From assembly GCA_963764625.1 (NCBI GenBank), contig CAVXTH010000007.1, forward strand, positions 224,001 to 288,000: DNA of 64,000 nucleotides. Reading direction: 5' to 3'. The stretch's first letter is position 1, and each line of letters begins with the position of its first letter. Origin of the DNA: Candidatus Krumholzibacteriota bacterium. GTDB lineage: Bacteria > Krumholzibacteriota > Krumholzibacteriia > JAJRXK01. Shown here one piece after another: positions 30,284-39,273 of this stretch. A program made the translations under genes and the position numbers. The notes under the pieces are model-generated. The model had not been told where the DNA came from, ran no database searches, and saw only the letters and a list, made by a program, of their open reading frames with translations.

Positions 30284-31408
30284 CTAGTCGAGAGGCCGCG
30301 CGAAGGTGGAGTCCCACGCGGCGAGGGCCAGCTTGGGATTGAGGTCGATATCGACCAGGCCGAGGTGGGCGAAGTAGCTCAAGGTGGACGGGGGTGGGGG
30401 AGTGATCGCCGCCAGGTCGAGGTCGGTGAAGGTGAGCTGGAAGACTCCGATCGCGCCCGCGTTGTCGAGTAACTGGTCCTGGCGCACGATGTAGCGGCGC
30501 TGTTCCGCTTGCGACGAAGTCCATTCGGCCTGCGTGTTGGAGGCCCAGCCACCTTCGGTCACCGCCACCGGGATGTCATGTCCGGCGACGAGTCCGGAGT
30601 AGTAGTCGTCGGGGATCTCCTCGGGGGCGTCGAATCCCGCGAGATACGGGTACGAGGACAGCCCCAACTCGTCGATGAAAGGGAAGTCGACAAGGTCCTG
30701 ATCGATACCCAGGCCGGTCGAGTTTCCCAGCCGGCCCCAGGCGTAATCGACCTGCACGCTGACGCTCAGCTTCGCCGACGTGTTGCGGGCCCGAAGATCG
30801 GTCGCGGTATCGTTGGCGACCTGCCGGACGGCAGCATAGAGGTTCGCCGGCGCGATGCCCCGAATGAGGTTCGTCTCGAGCGCGAGTCCGAAGTGTTCGG
30901 GCTGCACCAAGCTGTCGACGACCGCGGCGTAGCGCCGGTACATCGCCTGGATCTCGGGCTCGGTGATACTGCGGCCGGCATTGACCAGGGCCGTCGATTC
31001 TCCGGCTCGGTTGAGCCCGTTGCCGGGATCGAGATAGACCCAAATTTGCAGACCCTTCGCCCGGTAGTACTCGGCCAGGCCTACCTGCTGCTTCTGCACC
31101 AGGTCCCCGACGGGCACACCGGCCAGAAGCGAGTCCCACGGGACTTCGTAGCTCATGATGGCCGCGTCCGCTCGCAGCGACCACAGGTCGATGGCGGCCA
31201 GCAAGAGGTCGAAGTCTGCGCGCGGAGGAATCCCCGAAAAACCCATGCGATAGGTGCGGGGTGGGCCCTCCGGCGCGGTCGGTGACTTTTCCTCGCTGCA
31301 AGCGCCCAGGCTACCGGCGATCAGGAGGATCGCGGCAAGGCCGAGTAGCTCGAGGCGGTGCGCGTGAGCTGAGAGAGAGTTCATGGCGGCCATTTTCCAT
31401 ACGCTCAC
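30284..31408 (-). CDS. Lipoprotein, possible clan GH-A-like TIM-barrel glycoside hydrolase
   Basis: Lipobox LGAC; candidate catalytic Glu in ALETN and VTEGGW; GLSSYP. Confidence 0.55.
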   Translation of the reverse strand: MSVWKMAAMNSLSAHAHRLELLGLAAILLIAGSLGACSEEKSPTAPEGPPRTYRMGFSGIPPRADFDLLLAAIDLWSLRADAAIMSYEVPWDSLLAGVPVGDLVQKQQVGLAEYYRAKGLQIWVYLDPGNGLNRAGESTALVNAGRSITEPEIQAMYRRYAAVVDSLVQPEHFGLALETNLIRGIAPANLYAAVRQVANDTATDLRARNTSAKLSVSVQVDYAWGRLGNSTGLGIDQDLVDFPFIDELGLSSYPYLAGFDAPEEIPDDYYSGLVAGHDIPVAVTEGGWASNTQAEWTSSQAEQRRYIVRQDQLLDNAGAIGVFQLTFTDLDLAAITPPPPSTLSYFAHLGLVDIDLNPKLALAAWDSTFARPLD

Positions 31409-31472
31409 GCAGAATGGACAGGTCTTTCTGGCAGTCTCCCTGGAGTATTGCAGCGTGGGACGCGCCGCACGA

Positions 31473-31655
31473 AGTGGTTGCCGGTTCGGGGTTGGTCCGC
31501 ACCCGTTCCAAAGTGTTCCGACGTTCGGAGTCGGGCCGGACCCTGTCTGAGTGGTTGCCGGTTCGGAGTTGGTCCGTGTCGGTTCGAAAGTGTCTCGACG
31601 TTCGGAGTCGGCCCCCTCGGTTCGAGTCTCTCGACGTTCGGAGTTGCACCCCCTT
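31473..31655. repeat. Intergenic degenerate tandem repeat (five units of 36-39 bp, core GTTCGG[AG]GT)
   Basis: Cores at 31484, 31523, 31561, 31600 and 31636; 77-bp higher-order period (AGTGGTTGCCGGTTCGG at 31473 and 31550). Confidence 0.85.
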
Positions 31656-31841
31656 TCTTTCTTCGAGTTTCGAGACTGAATTGTTCATCTTTCTTCACTA
31701 TCTCCTGGCGCCGAGATCCGGCGGGATTCCATCCCATCCCACCTGGTCAGCCGCGCGCACGCCCACGTTCCGCAGCGCGCGGTCGAACGGGAAATCCTGG
31801 GTTTTCGGGGAGGCATTCTCAATCTATACAAATATTAGTTT

Positions 31842-31953
31842 GGTGCCAGGTCATTTCGATGTGCTGATCGAAGTGCCGGTGACGCTCCTCCTGGTGAGGA
31901 TCTGTTTGGCGTCGTCGAAGTGGTTCAGGGGAGAAGCGTCCGCATCGGGATGA
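31842..31953 (+). pseudogene. Remnant of an acr3 3' end
   Basis: Translates [19 protein letters not shown]..., compared with Acr3 HFEV...[16 protein letters not shown] at 36417-36542. Confidence 0.8.
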
Positions 31954-32000
31954 GACGATTCACCTCGTCCGGTCAGAACGCATACCTCAGAACGCAGGCC

Positions 32001-32681
32001 TCAGAATCCAGGCCTCAAAACATACACCCATGAAAGGTACAGGCCCGCGCCCACGAAGAGGACTCCCGTCATGTACCGAAGCGCGCGTCCAAAGACCTCC
32101 GCCTTCTGGAAGGCCTGACTCAGCCAGCCAGCTCCAAAGGCCAGCATGCTGGCGAAGATTAGCACCGGAAGCGCGGTTCCCACCCCATAAACTGCGGGAA
32201 GAATCCAAGGAGAGGCCGTAGAGGTTGCCAGAGGAAGAAGACTGCCGAAAAACAACGCCGCGGATACGGGACAAAAGGAGAGCGCGAAAAGAGCACCCAA
32301 GAGGAAGGCTCCCCCGCCTCGTCCATGCCGCGCGATCCATCGGCCTCGCGCTTCCAAGTCGAACGACGGCAACCGAAAGGGGAGTAGATCGAGGAGGATC
32401 ATCCCCGTCACGATCAAGAGCGGCCCCAAAATTCGGTTGAGGTCGTATTGCAAGAAGTGTGAGGTGCTCACGGCGGAGAGAAGGCTCAACGTGAGCAGGC
32501 CCCCGAGCACGGAATACGCGAAGGAGCGCCCGAGGCTGTACAAGATTCCGGCACCGAGAGTTCGGATCGGCTTCGCGCCCTCGCCCGTCAACCATCCGAC
32601 CGCGGCCACGTTGGTGGCCAACGGGCACGGGGAAACCGAGGTCAGAATCCCCAGCCAAAGAGCAGTGAGTATGGCAGCCAT
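32001..32681 (-). CDS. arsG: ArsG-like / DsbD-CcdA-type membrane protein
   Basis: SPCPLATN and LSFCPVSAALFFGSL motifs; multiple TM helices; position in ars operon. Confidence 0.7.
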   Translation of the reverse strand: MAAILTALWLGILTSVSPCPLATNVAAVGWLTGEGAKPIRTLGAGILYSLGRSFAYSVLGGLLTLSLLSAVSTSHFLQYDLNRILGPLLIVTGMILLDLLPFRLPSFDLEARGRWIARHGRGGGAFLLGALFALSFCPVSAALFFGSLLPLATSTASPWILPAVYGVGTALPVLIFASMLAFGAGWLSQAFQKAEVFGRALRYMTGVLFVGAGLYLSWVYVLRPGF

Positions 32682-32683
32682 GC

Positions 32684-33148
32684 TCAGGACTCGGAGCGCA
32701 TCCAGTTGGCGAGCTCGGTTTGCACGTAGTTGCGGAACTCACTCTCATCCTCTACGAGCTCCCACACGCGATCCAAGGCGATGAATCGTTTCGTCTGGCT
32801 TCCATCGCGTTGGATCAACACCAGGGTGCTATGGGTGAGGCCGAATTCTTCTCGGAAATGCGCGTTCTCGGGGAGGTCGATGTTCACGGCCTTCCAGTCG
32901 AGCGTCCCGGAGGACAGCTCGTTGTCGAAGCCGCTCCGGATGGCGGCTTTCGCCTGCGCCTCGATCGCACGGCAGGTTTCGCATCGGATGTTTCCGTGGA
33001 AATAGTAGGCCGCGTAGGAGATTCCCGACTGGTTGCCGGCTTGAGTGGATGGGGCTAAGGAATGGGGTTGCTTCGGCCAGAACACCACGGCCAGAGTTGC
33101 GACCACTACCGCGAGCAGTACGATCTGCGCAACGCGCCGGGGATTCAT
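32684..33148 (-). CDS. arsF: ArsF-like membrane-anchored thioredoxin-fold protein
   Basis: YYFHGNIRCETCRAIE (CxxC); N-terminal anchor. Confidence 0.7.
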   Translation of the reverse strand: MNPRRVAQIVLLAVVVATLAVVFWPKQPHSLAPSTQAGNQSGISYAAYYFHGNIRCETCRAIEAQAKAAIRSGFDNELSSGTLDWKAVNIDLPENAHFREEFGLTHSTLVLIQRDGSQTKRFIALDRVWELVEDESEFRNYVQTELANWMRSES

Positions 33149-33390
33149 GAAGAGACCTTCGCGTTCAAAAGTTCTTTGATCTTCTCGACCGACAAGACCT
33201 TGCCTACCGTCTGGACTTCACCATCGAGGACAAGACTCGGGGTCATCATGATGCCAAACGAAAGGATCTCATCTATCTTGGTGATCTTCTCGATCTGGCA
33301 ATCGCAGCCGAGCTCTTCCACCGCACGCTGGGCGTGTTCGGTGAGCTTGATGCACTTGGGACAACCCGTCCCGAGGATCTGAATCTTCAT
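33145..33390 (-). CDS. arsE: Small redox-active disulfide protein (MTH895/ArsE thioredoxin family)
   Basis: MKIQILGTGCPKC...GIMMTPSLVLDG; 3' part of the listed 33145..34428 ORF. Confidence 0.8.
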   Translation of the reverse strand: MKIQILGTGCPKCIKLTEHAQRAVEELGCDCQIEKITKIDEILSFGIMMTPSLVLDGEVQTVGKVLSVEKIKELLNAKVSS

Positions 33391-34577
33391 GACTGAACTC
33401 CGTTCATGATCAGGTTTCCGTAAACCAAGCCCGCGATGGTGGAAAGCACGACCACCAAGAGGACGTAGGTGATCGTCTTTTTTGTTCCCACCACGCTGCG
33501 AATGACCAACATGTTGGGGAGACTCAAGGCAGGTCCTGCCAGCAGGAGCGCGAGCGCGGGTCCGTTGCCCATTCCGCTGCGCAAGAGTCCGTCGAGAATC
33601 GGGATTTCCGTCAGCGTCGCGAAGTACATGAAGGCCCCGGCGACCGAGGCGAAGAGCGTGGCGAGGAATCCTTCGCCGCCCACGGACCGCGCGACCCAGT
33701 ACGAGGGAACGAGCCCTTCTGAACCCCCGGGCCGGCCCAACAACAGTCCGGCCACGAGAACTCCCACCAGCAGCAGGGGCAGAATCTGTTTCGCAAAGCC
33801 CCACGTCTCGCCGAACCACGAGTGAAGTTCGTCGCGCGCGAATCCACGGGAGAGGGCCAGCACGAGCGCAACGCCGAATACGGCCACGATCCAGCCCCGG
33901 TTTGCGTAGATTGCAGCCCAAGTTCCCGTCTCCGATTGCGGGCGACCCCAGTTGGCGAAGACCAGAATACCGACCATGGCAACGAACCATAGCAAGGTTC
34001 GCCAACGGGGGCGCTCCTCCTCCTCCTCGACCGCGGCCTCCGCTTGCTTGACGCGGTGCTGGGAATCTTCCCGAAAGATCAGGCTCATCGATACCCCGAC
34101 CACGACGCTGAAGAGGACCGCGCCGATGGCCCGCGCCAGTCCGAGCTGCCAGCCCAATACGCGCGCCGTCAAAATGATGGCGAGTATGTTGATCGCGGGA
34201 CCCGAGTACAGGAATGCCGTGGCTGGTCCAAGACCCGCGCCGCGTTTGTGAATGCCGGCGAAGAGAGGAAGCACGGTGCAGGAGCAAACCGCAAGGATCG
34301 AACCGGAGACCGCAGCCACGCCGTAGGCCATTACCCGGTTGGCCGTCGGTCCAAGGTAGCGCATGACCGAGGCCTGGTTGAGGAAGACAGCAATCCCACC
34401 GGCGATGAAGAACGCGGGGACCAGGCACAGGATCACGTGTTCACGGGCGTACCACTTTGCCAGTTGCAGGGCTTCGAGAACCGCAGTATCGAAACGGATC
34501 GCGCCGACCGGAAGCCAATAGAAAACTGCGAAGACGGTGAGCGCTATACCCAGAATCTTTAGCTCGCGACGTGGCAC
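33387..34577 (-). CDS. arsP: ArsP/DUF318 family permease
   Basis: AVCSCTVLPLFAGI, AFLYSGPAIN, MYFATLTE, LLLAGPALSLP. Confidence 0.82.
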   Translation of the reverse strand: MPRRELKILGIALTVFAVFYWLPVGAIRFDTAVLEALQLAKWYAREHVILCLVPAFFIAGGIAVFLNQASVMRYLGPTANRVMAYGVAAVSGSILAVCSCTVLPLFAGIHKRGAGLGPATAFLYSGPAINILAIILTARVLGWQLGLARAIGAVLFSVVVGVSMSLIFREDSQHRVKQAEAAVEEEEERPRWRTLLWFVAMVGILVFANWGRPQSETGTWAAIYANRGWIVAVFGVALVLALSRGFARDELHSWFGETWGFAKQILPLLLVGVLVAGLLLGRPGGSEGLVPSYWVARSVGGEGFLATLFASVAGAFMYFATLTEIPILDGLLRSGMGNGPALALLLAGPALSLPNMLVIRSVVGTKKTITYVLLVVVLSTIAGLVYGNLIMNGVQS

Positions 34578-34888
34578 GACTTCGCTCCCTCTCCCTCGCG
34601 GGCGAGCACCTCTTCGACGCAGCCGAAGACCTCGAGCACGCAGGGTACTCGCAGCCGATAAAAGATTTGCTGACCACGGCGCTCGCTCGACAACACCCCG
34701 GCGGCGCGCATCAGGGAGAGATGCTTGGAAACGGTCGAAATGTCGTCGCCAATGCGCTCGGTCAGGTCGCAGACGCAGCGTTCACCAGCGGCCAATTCCT
34801 CCACGAGAAAGAGGCGGGTGGGGTGGGCCAGGGCCTTCAGAATTCGTACGCGGGAGCCGTAGCGCTTCGCGAGTTGAGTGGTCGGCAT
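34559..34888 (-). CDS. arsR: ArsR/SmtB family repressor
   Basis: LKALAHPTRL, ERCVCDL, TVSKHLS, VPCV...FGC. Confidence 0.9.
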   Translation of the reverse strand: MPTTQLAKRYGSRVRILKALAHPTRLFLVEELAAGERCVCDLTERIGDDISTVSKHLSLMRAAGVLSSERRGQQIFYRLRVPCVLEVFGCVEEVLAREGEGAKSCHVAS

Positions 34889-34902
34889 CGAGGACCTCCT
34901 GA

Positions 34903-34940
34903 GATATTTGGTAATATTGCCAAATATCCGCGCTTGTCAA
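34903..34940 (-). promoter_or_regulatory. ArsR operator palindrome with -35 box
   Basis: GATATTTGGTAATATTGCCAAATATC (34903-34928) is one base from a perfect 26-bp palindrome; TTGACA on the minus strand at 34940-34935. Confidence 0.8.
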
Positions 34941-35002
34941 GTACGAGATCGATCGGCGGACCGTGCCCGGCACCCGATCGGAAGTGCCCGAAGTGCGAGT
35001 GT

Positions 35003-35046
35003 TTGACTCCCTGGACCTCTTATTCTATAATTCCAGAATTATGGAA
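35003..35046 (+). promoter_or_regulatory. Sigma70 promoter with overlapping ArsR operator
   Basis: TTGACT-N17-TATAAT (35003-35031); inverted repeat TTCTATAATT-CCAG-AATTATGGAA (35023-35046) covering the ATG; very short or absent leader. Confidence 0.8.
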
Positions 35047-35388
35047 ACTAAGTCTGCCCTCCGGATCCTTTCAGCCCTGGCCCAGGAAACGCGCCTCGCG
35101 GTCTTCCGGTTTCTGGCCCGCGAGGGCGGGGTGGGGGTCTCGGCCGGTGAGATCGCCGGGGCCCTTTCCGTGCCCGCAACCACCCTGTCTTTCCATCTCA
35201 AGGAACTCTCGCAGGCCGGATTGGTCGAAGCCCAGCGCGAGGGGCGCTCCATTCGCTATGCGCTTCGCGCCGATCGGATGCGGGAGTTTCTCGGCTTCCT
35301 CAGCGACGACTGCTGCCAGGGCCATCCAGAGCTGTGCCTGCCGCTCACGGATCTGCAGTGTGGGCCCGGCAAGAAGGGAGATCGATGA
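35041..35388 (+). CDS. arsR: ArsR repressor with C-terminal Cys site
   Basis: [24 protein letters not shown]-terminal [11 protein letters not shown]. Confidence 0.92.
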   Translation: METKSALRILSALAQETRLAVFRFLAREGGVGVSAGEIAGALSVPATTLSFHLKELSQAGLVEAQREGRSIRYALRADRMREFLGFLSDDCCQGHPELCLPLTDLQCGPGKKGDR

Positions 35389-36572
35389 CCACTGAGGCTT
35401 GCATCACGAAAGAGCCCCAAGGCCTTGGGGTCTTCGAGCGCTACCTGACGGTGTGGGTACTGCTTTGCATTGGCCTGGGAATTCTGCTCGGCCGCTTTGC
35501 TCCCGGCTTTGCACACACCCTCGATGGAATGACGCTGAACGTGGGCGGCGCACCGGTGATCTCCCTGCCGATCGCGGCCTGCCTGTTCTTCATGATGTAT
35601 CCCATCATGGTGAAGATCGATTTCGGCGAAGTGCTACGCGCTGGCCAGAACGTCAAGCCGGTGGCGCTGACCCTCGTCGTGAACTGGGCTATCAAGCCCT
35701 TCACCATGATCGCGCTCAGCAGTTTCTTCTTGGGGTTCGTCTTCTTGAAGTTCATCGGACCCGACGCGATCGACACCGTGAAATTGCCCTTGGGACTGAA
35801 CCTCGGTGTTGGAGCGAACTACGGGGACGGCACCGTGGTTCTCGTCCACGGCGTCAAGATGCTGGCAGTGCCGCTGTGGCGCAGCTATCTGGCCGGCTGC
35901 ATCCTGCTGGGAATCGCGCCCTGCACGGCCATGGTGCTGGTGTGGGGCTATCTTGCGCGCGGCAACGATGGCCATACGCTCGTGATGGTCGCGATCAACT
36001 CGCTCGCCATGCTCGTTCTGTACGGACCGTTGGGAGGGTTCCTGCTGGGGGTGGGACGACTGCCAGTTCCCTGGCAGGCGCTGTTTCTTTCCATCTCGGT
36101 GTACGTCGCGCTACCACTTGTGATGGGCTACCTCTCGCGACGTTGGATCGTCAGGGCGAAGGGCGAGGAGTGGTTCCAGCAGCGCTTTCTGCACCTCTTG
36201 ACGCCCATCACCATCGTTGCCCTTTTACTCACCCTCGTTCTGCTGTTTTCGTTCAAAGGGGAAGTCATCACGAGCAACCCTCTCACGATTCTGTGGATCG
36301 CGGTGCCGCTCTTCGTGCAAACCATGCTGATCTTCACCATCACCTACGCTGCGGCGCGCTGGCTCAAACTGAGTTATCGGGATGCTGCGCCGTCGGCCCT
36401 CATCGGAGCGTCGAATCACTTCGAAGTGGCCATCGCGACCGCGGTCATGCTCTTCGGTCTCTCATCGGGCGCGGCATTGGCCACCGTGGTGGGCGTGTTG
36501 ATCGAGGTGCCGGTGATGCTCCTGCTGGTGCGGATTTGCCTCAATACTGGCGGTTTAGCCCAAAATCGTTAA
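35385..36572 (+). CDS. acr3: Acr3 arsenite efflux transporter
   Basis: [55 protein letters not shown]. Confidence 0.95.
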   Translation: MTTEACITKEPQGLGVFERYLTVWVLLCIGLGILLGRFAPGFAHTLDGMTLNVGGAPVISLPIAACLFFMMYPIMVKIDFGEVLRAGQNVKPVALTLVVNWAIKPFTMIALSSFFLGFVFLKFIGPDAIDTVKLPLGLNLGVGANYGDGTVVLVHGVKMLAVPLWRSYLAGCILLGIAPCTAMVLVWGYLARGNDGHTLVMVAINSLAMLVLYGPLGGFLLGVGRLPVPWQALFLSISVYVALPLVMGYLSRRWIVRAKGEEWFQQRFLHLLTPITIVALLLTLVLLFSFKGEVITSNPLTILWIAVPLFVQTMLIFTITYAAARWLKLSYRDAAPSALIGASNHFEVAIATAVMLFGLSSGAALATVVGVLIEVPVMLLLVRICLNTGGLAQNR

Positions 36573-36621
36573 GGTAACGACTCTGGATTCATGAGACCGG
36601 CAAACGCCTTGGAATCGCCTG

Positions 36622-36647
36622 CCCGCTTCCGTATGGAGGCGGGTTTT
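36622..36647 (+). terminator. Intrinsic terminator after acr3
   Basis: CCCGCTTCC-GTAT-GGAGGCGGG followed by TTTT. Confidence 0.75.
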
Positions 36648-36717
36648 GTCGTGCTCAGGACACCGACTCCGTGTGGGGGCGGGGTCTCCCTCCTCGAGCC
36701 CAAAGTGGAGCAACTCA

Positions 36718-37143
36718 TTGACCGACGAGACCGCGAGTGTCCGCATCCGCAAGGTACTGAACCGCTTGGACCAACTTCTCGAGGCGTGGCGCGCCGAGCA
36801 GGACGACAGTCAGTGGATCAAGAGAGTGAACGAGTGCCTCGAAGAACTCGAGCAAGCGTTGGGCGATGACGCCCCATTGAAAGCGCAATTTCTCAAGGAA
36901 ACAACTCGTTCGTATCCTCGGCTCACGCCGATTTGCGCGGCCTTCTACGAGGACGGGAGGAAGCTCTTGATTCAGGCAACCGTAGTCGTCCGACTTTCCG
37001 CTAGAAGCTATGAACAGACCGTTGGCTCAACCACGGTACTGCGCGCGGCAACGGCCTCTCTCGTGGAAGCAGTGAAGCAATACCGGCACCTTGCATCGGA
37101 GATCACTGTAGAGGCAGGTCATGACATCGGGGGGGAAGGGTAA
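36718..37143 (+). CDS. Hypothetical helical protein, distant hemerythrin-like
   Basis: GGAG then TTG at 36718; amphipathic helices, YPRL and terminal DIGGEG. Confidence 0.45.
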   Translation: MTDETASVRIRKVLNRLDQLLEAWRAEQDDSQWIKRVNECLEELEQALGDDAPLKAQFLKETTRSYPRLTPICAAFYEDGRKLLIQATVVVRLSARSYEQTVGSTTVLRAATASLVEAVKQYRHLASEITVEAGHDIGGEG

Positions 37144-37238
37144 TACACGATTTGACCCCGTCGGGGCCACGTTCTCCGCATCTCCGGCACTGTGATCAGC
37201 AGGATTGGGCAGGACCGAGACTCTACCTAAAGCCTGTG

Positions 37239-37370
37239 CTATTTCTCTTTCTTCAGCGGCTCCGGTGGATCTGGGTGGGCCTTGGCGAAGGCCTTGGCCT
37301 TCTTCTGATTTTTCTGCACAGCATCCTGCTTCCTATTCCGTTCCTTGGATTTTGGTGACTTATCGCCCAT
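37239..37370 (-). CDS. Small Lys-rich hypothetical protein (43 aa), below the ORF-track cutoff
   Basis: MGDKSPKSKERNRKQDAVQKNQKKAKAFAKAHPDPPEPLKKEK*; GAGGTGG RBS. Confidence 0.6.
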   Translation of the reverse strand: MGDKSPKSKERNRKQDAVQKNQKKAKAFAKAHPDPPEPLKKEK

Positions 37371-37791
37371 GCGGTTCCACCTCTGGCTTGGGAAGTCGTG
37401 ACATACGCATTTCCAAGATACCCTCAGTCAGGAGAAAACGCCTCGAAGTTCTCAATGGTCGATGCTACCCGTGCGAACCAGTCGAAAGCGCCCGATACAG
37501 ATCGCGGCGGTGGGGAGCGAACAGCTCCGTCAGGCATGTATCACGCCCGTAGCCTTCTGGCCGGGTCGCCGTATGTTCATTAATATCATTGCGTTGCAAC
37601 CAAAGCCCAGAGCCAGAGATGAGAGCCACGAAAGTAGCGTTTTCGGATCACGGAGGAGTGTGGTCGGTTTTCGCTCCAAAAATGCCTTCGAGTGCTCCAG
37701 AATTGGTGCGTTGCCCTGCGAAATGGGTGAAAGTGGTCGGAGGCGCGGGGCCGAGATCCTTCGTGGCTCCGAGAAGCCCAGAAAGGAACGC

Positions 37792-38448
37792 ATGACGAAG
37801 ACGCAGGTTCTGCTCATTGAGGACAACCGGCTGTTGCGAGAGGGCATCGCCGCGATGCTGGATGAGCAGGGCGATTTCGAGGTCGTCGCCGTGGCGGAGG
37901 ATGGCGATGCGATTCAAAATCTCAGGGAATCGGGCCGAACGCCGGACATCGTCTTACTCGACCTTGGTCTGGAAAAGGCGAATAGCCTTCAGCTGATGGC
38001 CGTTCTCCAGTCGGAACTTCCCTCGGCGCGCATCATCGCCATGGATATTCTTCCCGAGCAGGTCGACATCGTCGAATTCGTGAAAGCAGGCGGTTCGGGT
38101 TTCATTCTGAAGAGTGCGTCCGTCCAGGAATTCGTCGATTCGATCAGGGCGGTGGCCAGTGGGGACTTGATGCTTCCCTCGGTGCTGACGGCCTCCCTCT
38201 TCACGCAGATCGTAGAATCGGCTCTCGATAGCAATGAGCCAAATTTCGAGAGTGCAATCCAGTTGACCCGGCGCGAGAAGGAAATCGTCGATCTCATCTC
38301 CGAAGGAATGAGCAACAAGGAGATCGCCAAGCGACTTCATATTGCCACGCACACCGTGAAGAGCCACGTTCACAACATTCTGGAGAAGCTCGCGCTGAGA
38401 TCCCGCCTGCAGATTGCGGCCTTTGCCCGTGGGAAAGAGACAGAGTGA
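37792..38448 (+). CDS. NarL/LuxR family response regulator
   Basis: VLLIEDN, DIVLLD, GFILK, LTRREKEIVDLISEGMSNKEIA..LHIATHTVKSHV. Confidence 0.93.
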   Translation: MTKTQVLLIEDNRLLREGIAAMLDEQGDFEVVAVAEDGDAIQNLRESGRTPDIVLLDLGLEKANSLQLMAVLQSELPSARIIAMDILPEQVDIVEFVKAGGSGFILKSASVQEFVDSIRAVASGDLMLPSVLTASLFTQIVESALDSNEPNFESAIQLTRREKEIVDLISEGMSNKEIAKRLHIATHTVKSHVHNILEKLALRSRLQIAAFARGKETE

Positions 38449-38562
38449 AGCGCTTCGTCCGCCTCACCCATCTTTAGGACTAGTCCCCATTTCATTCCTA
38501 CGATTGATGGTGCTGCGTTAGCACCTCCCCTACGCTACAGCGAGAGGGTGAGGCCGCCTTAC

Positions 38563-39273
38563 ATGATATTCAGCACGCACTACTACGTATTGTCGCTGAG
38601 CGCAAAGAGTACCGTTCTCTACGAGGCGTTTCGCGATTCGCTGATCCGTGTGGAGAATCAGGGTTTCCCTGTCAAGCCCACGATCAACACATCCAAGATC
38701 GAAAGGCACAATACGCGACACACACTCATGCGTACGGTCGACAAGTGCTTCGACTTCTACCATACGCGCGAGCGACTGGGACTTGTCGTCGTGGGCGACG
38801 AGGATCTTCAGTCTGCCTTCGATTCCGTCACGACCCACAGGACTGCAGTCGTGGGGCGAGTGAACGGGGATCGCACCGGCACCCGTGCCAGGGACCTGGG
38901 GCAGATTGTCTGGCCGGTGGTTAAAGAGCTCATCTCCGGCATGCGCGAACGAGTGATGCACGACCTCGATGACTGCTCGCGAGAAGGGTGTGTCGCATCG
39001 GGTCTGGTTGCAGTGGTCGCTGCGGCGGGCGGCGGAGTCCAGGGAACGTTGCTGGTGGAGGATGACTTCCGAGTTCGAGGAAGTCTTGCAACGGGAACTC
39101 AGCCGCCCGCCATTTCTCAGGACGTCGATGTCCGCGACGTCAACGACGACGCAGTGGACGCGGTGATCGAACAGGTGCTCGAGTGCGGCGGGAATGTCGT
39201 GTTCATGCCTCCGGGTACCTTGGGGGATCGAGGACGGATCGTGTTGTTGCTCCGGAAAATGAGGGTACCATGA
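38563..39273 (+). CDS. baeRF-like (release factor 1-related) protein, N-terminally short
   Basis: YYVLSLS...LYEA...FP, GTLLVEDD, DAVDAVIEQVLECGGNVVF...IVLLLR. Confidence 0.6.
   Translation: MIFSTHYYVLSLSAKSTVLYEAFRDSLIRVENQGFPVKPTINTSKIERHNTRHTLMRTVDKCFDFYHTRERLGLVVVGDEDLQSAFDSVTTHRTAVVGRVNGDRTGTRARDLGQIVWPVVKELISGMRERVMHDLDDCSREGCVASGLVAVVAAAGGGVQGTLLVEDDFRVRGSLATGTQPPAISQDVDVRDVNDDAVDAVIEQVLECGGNVVFMPPGTLGDRGRIVLLLRKMRVP

Noticed and set aside
31473-31655. CRISPR array
   Set aside because: Conserved core is only about 9 bp, intervening sequences are themselves repeated, period is under 40 bp, and there are no cas genes
33391-34428. 427-aa ORF fused to the small thioredoxin
   Set aside because: Upstream part is an alternate frame of arsP; the real gene starts at MKIQILG (33390)
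36596-36650. c-di-GMP-I riboswitch suggested by GGCAAAC
   Set aside because: No GNRA-capped P2 or GACGCAAAG element; the hairpin is better explained as the acr3 terminator
37544-37553. 10-bp match (CGCCCGTAGC) to the tRNA 5' end
   Set aside because: Short enough to be expected by chance in GC-rich DNA
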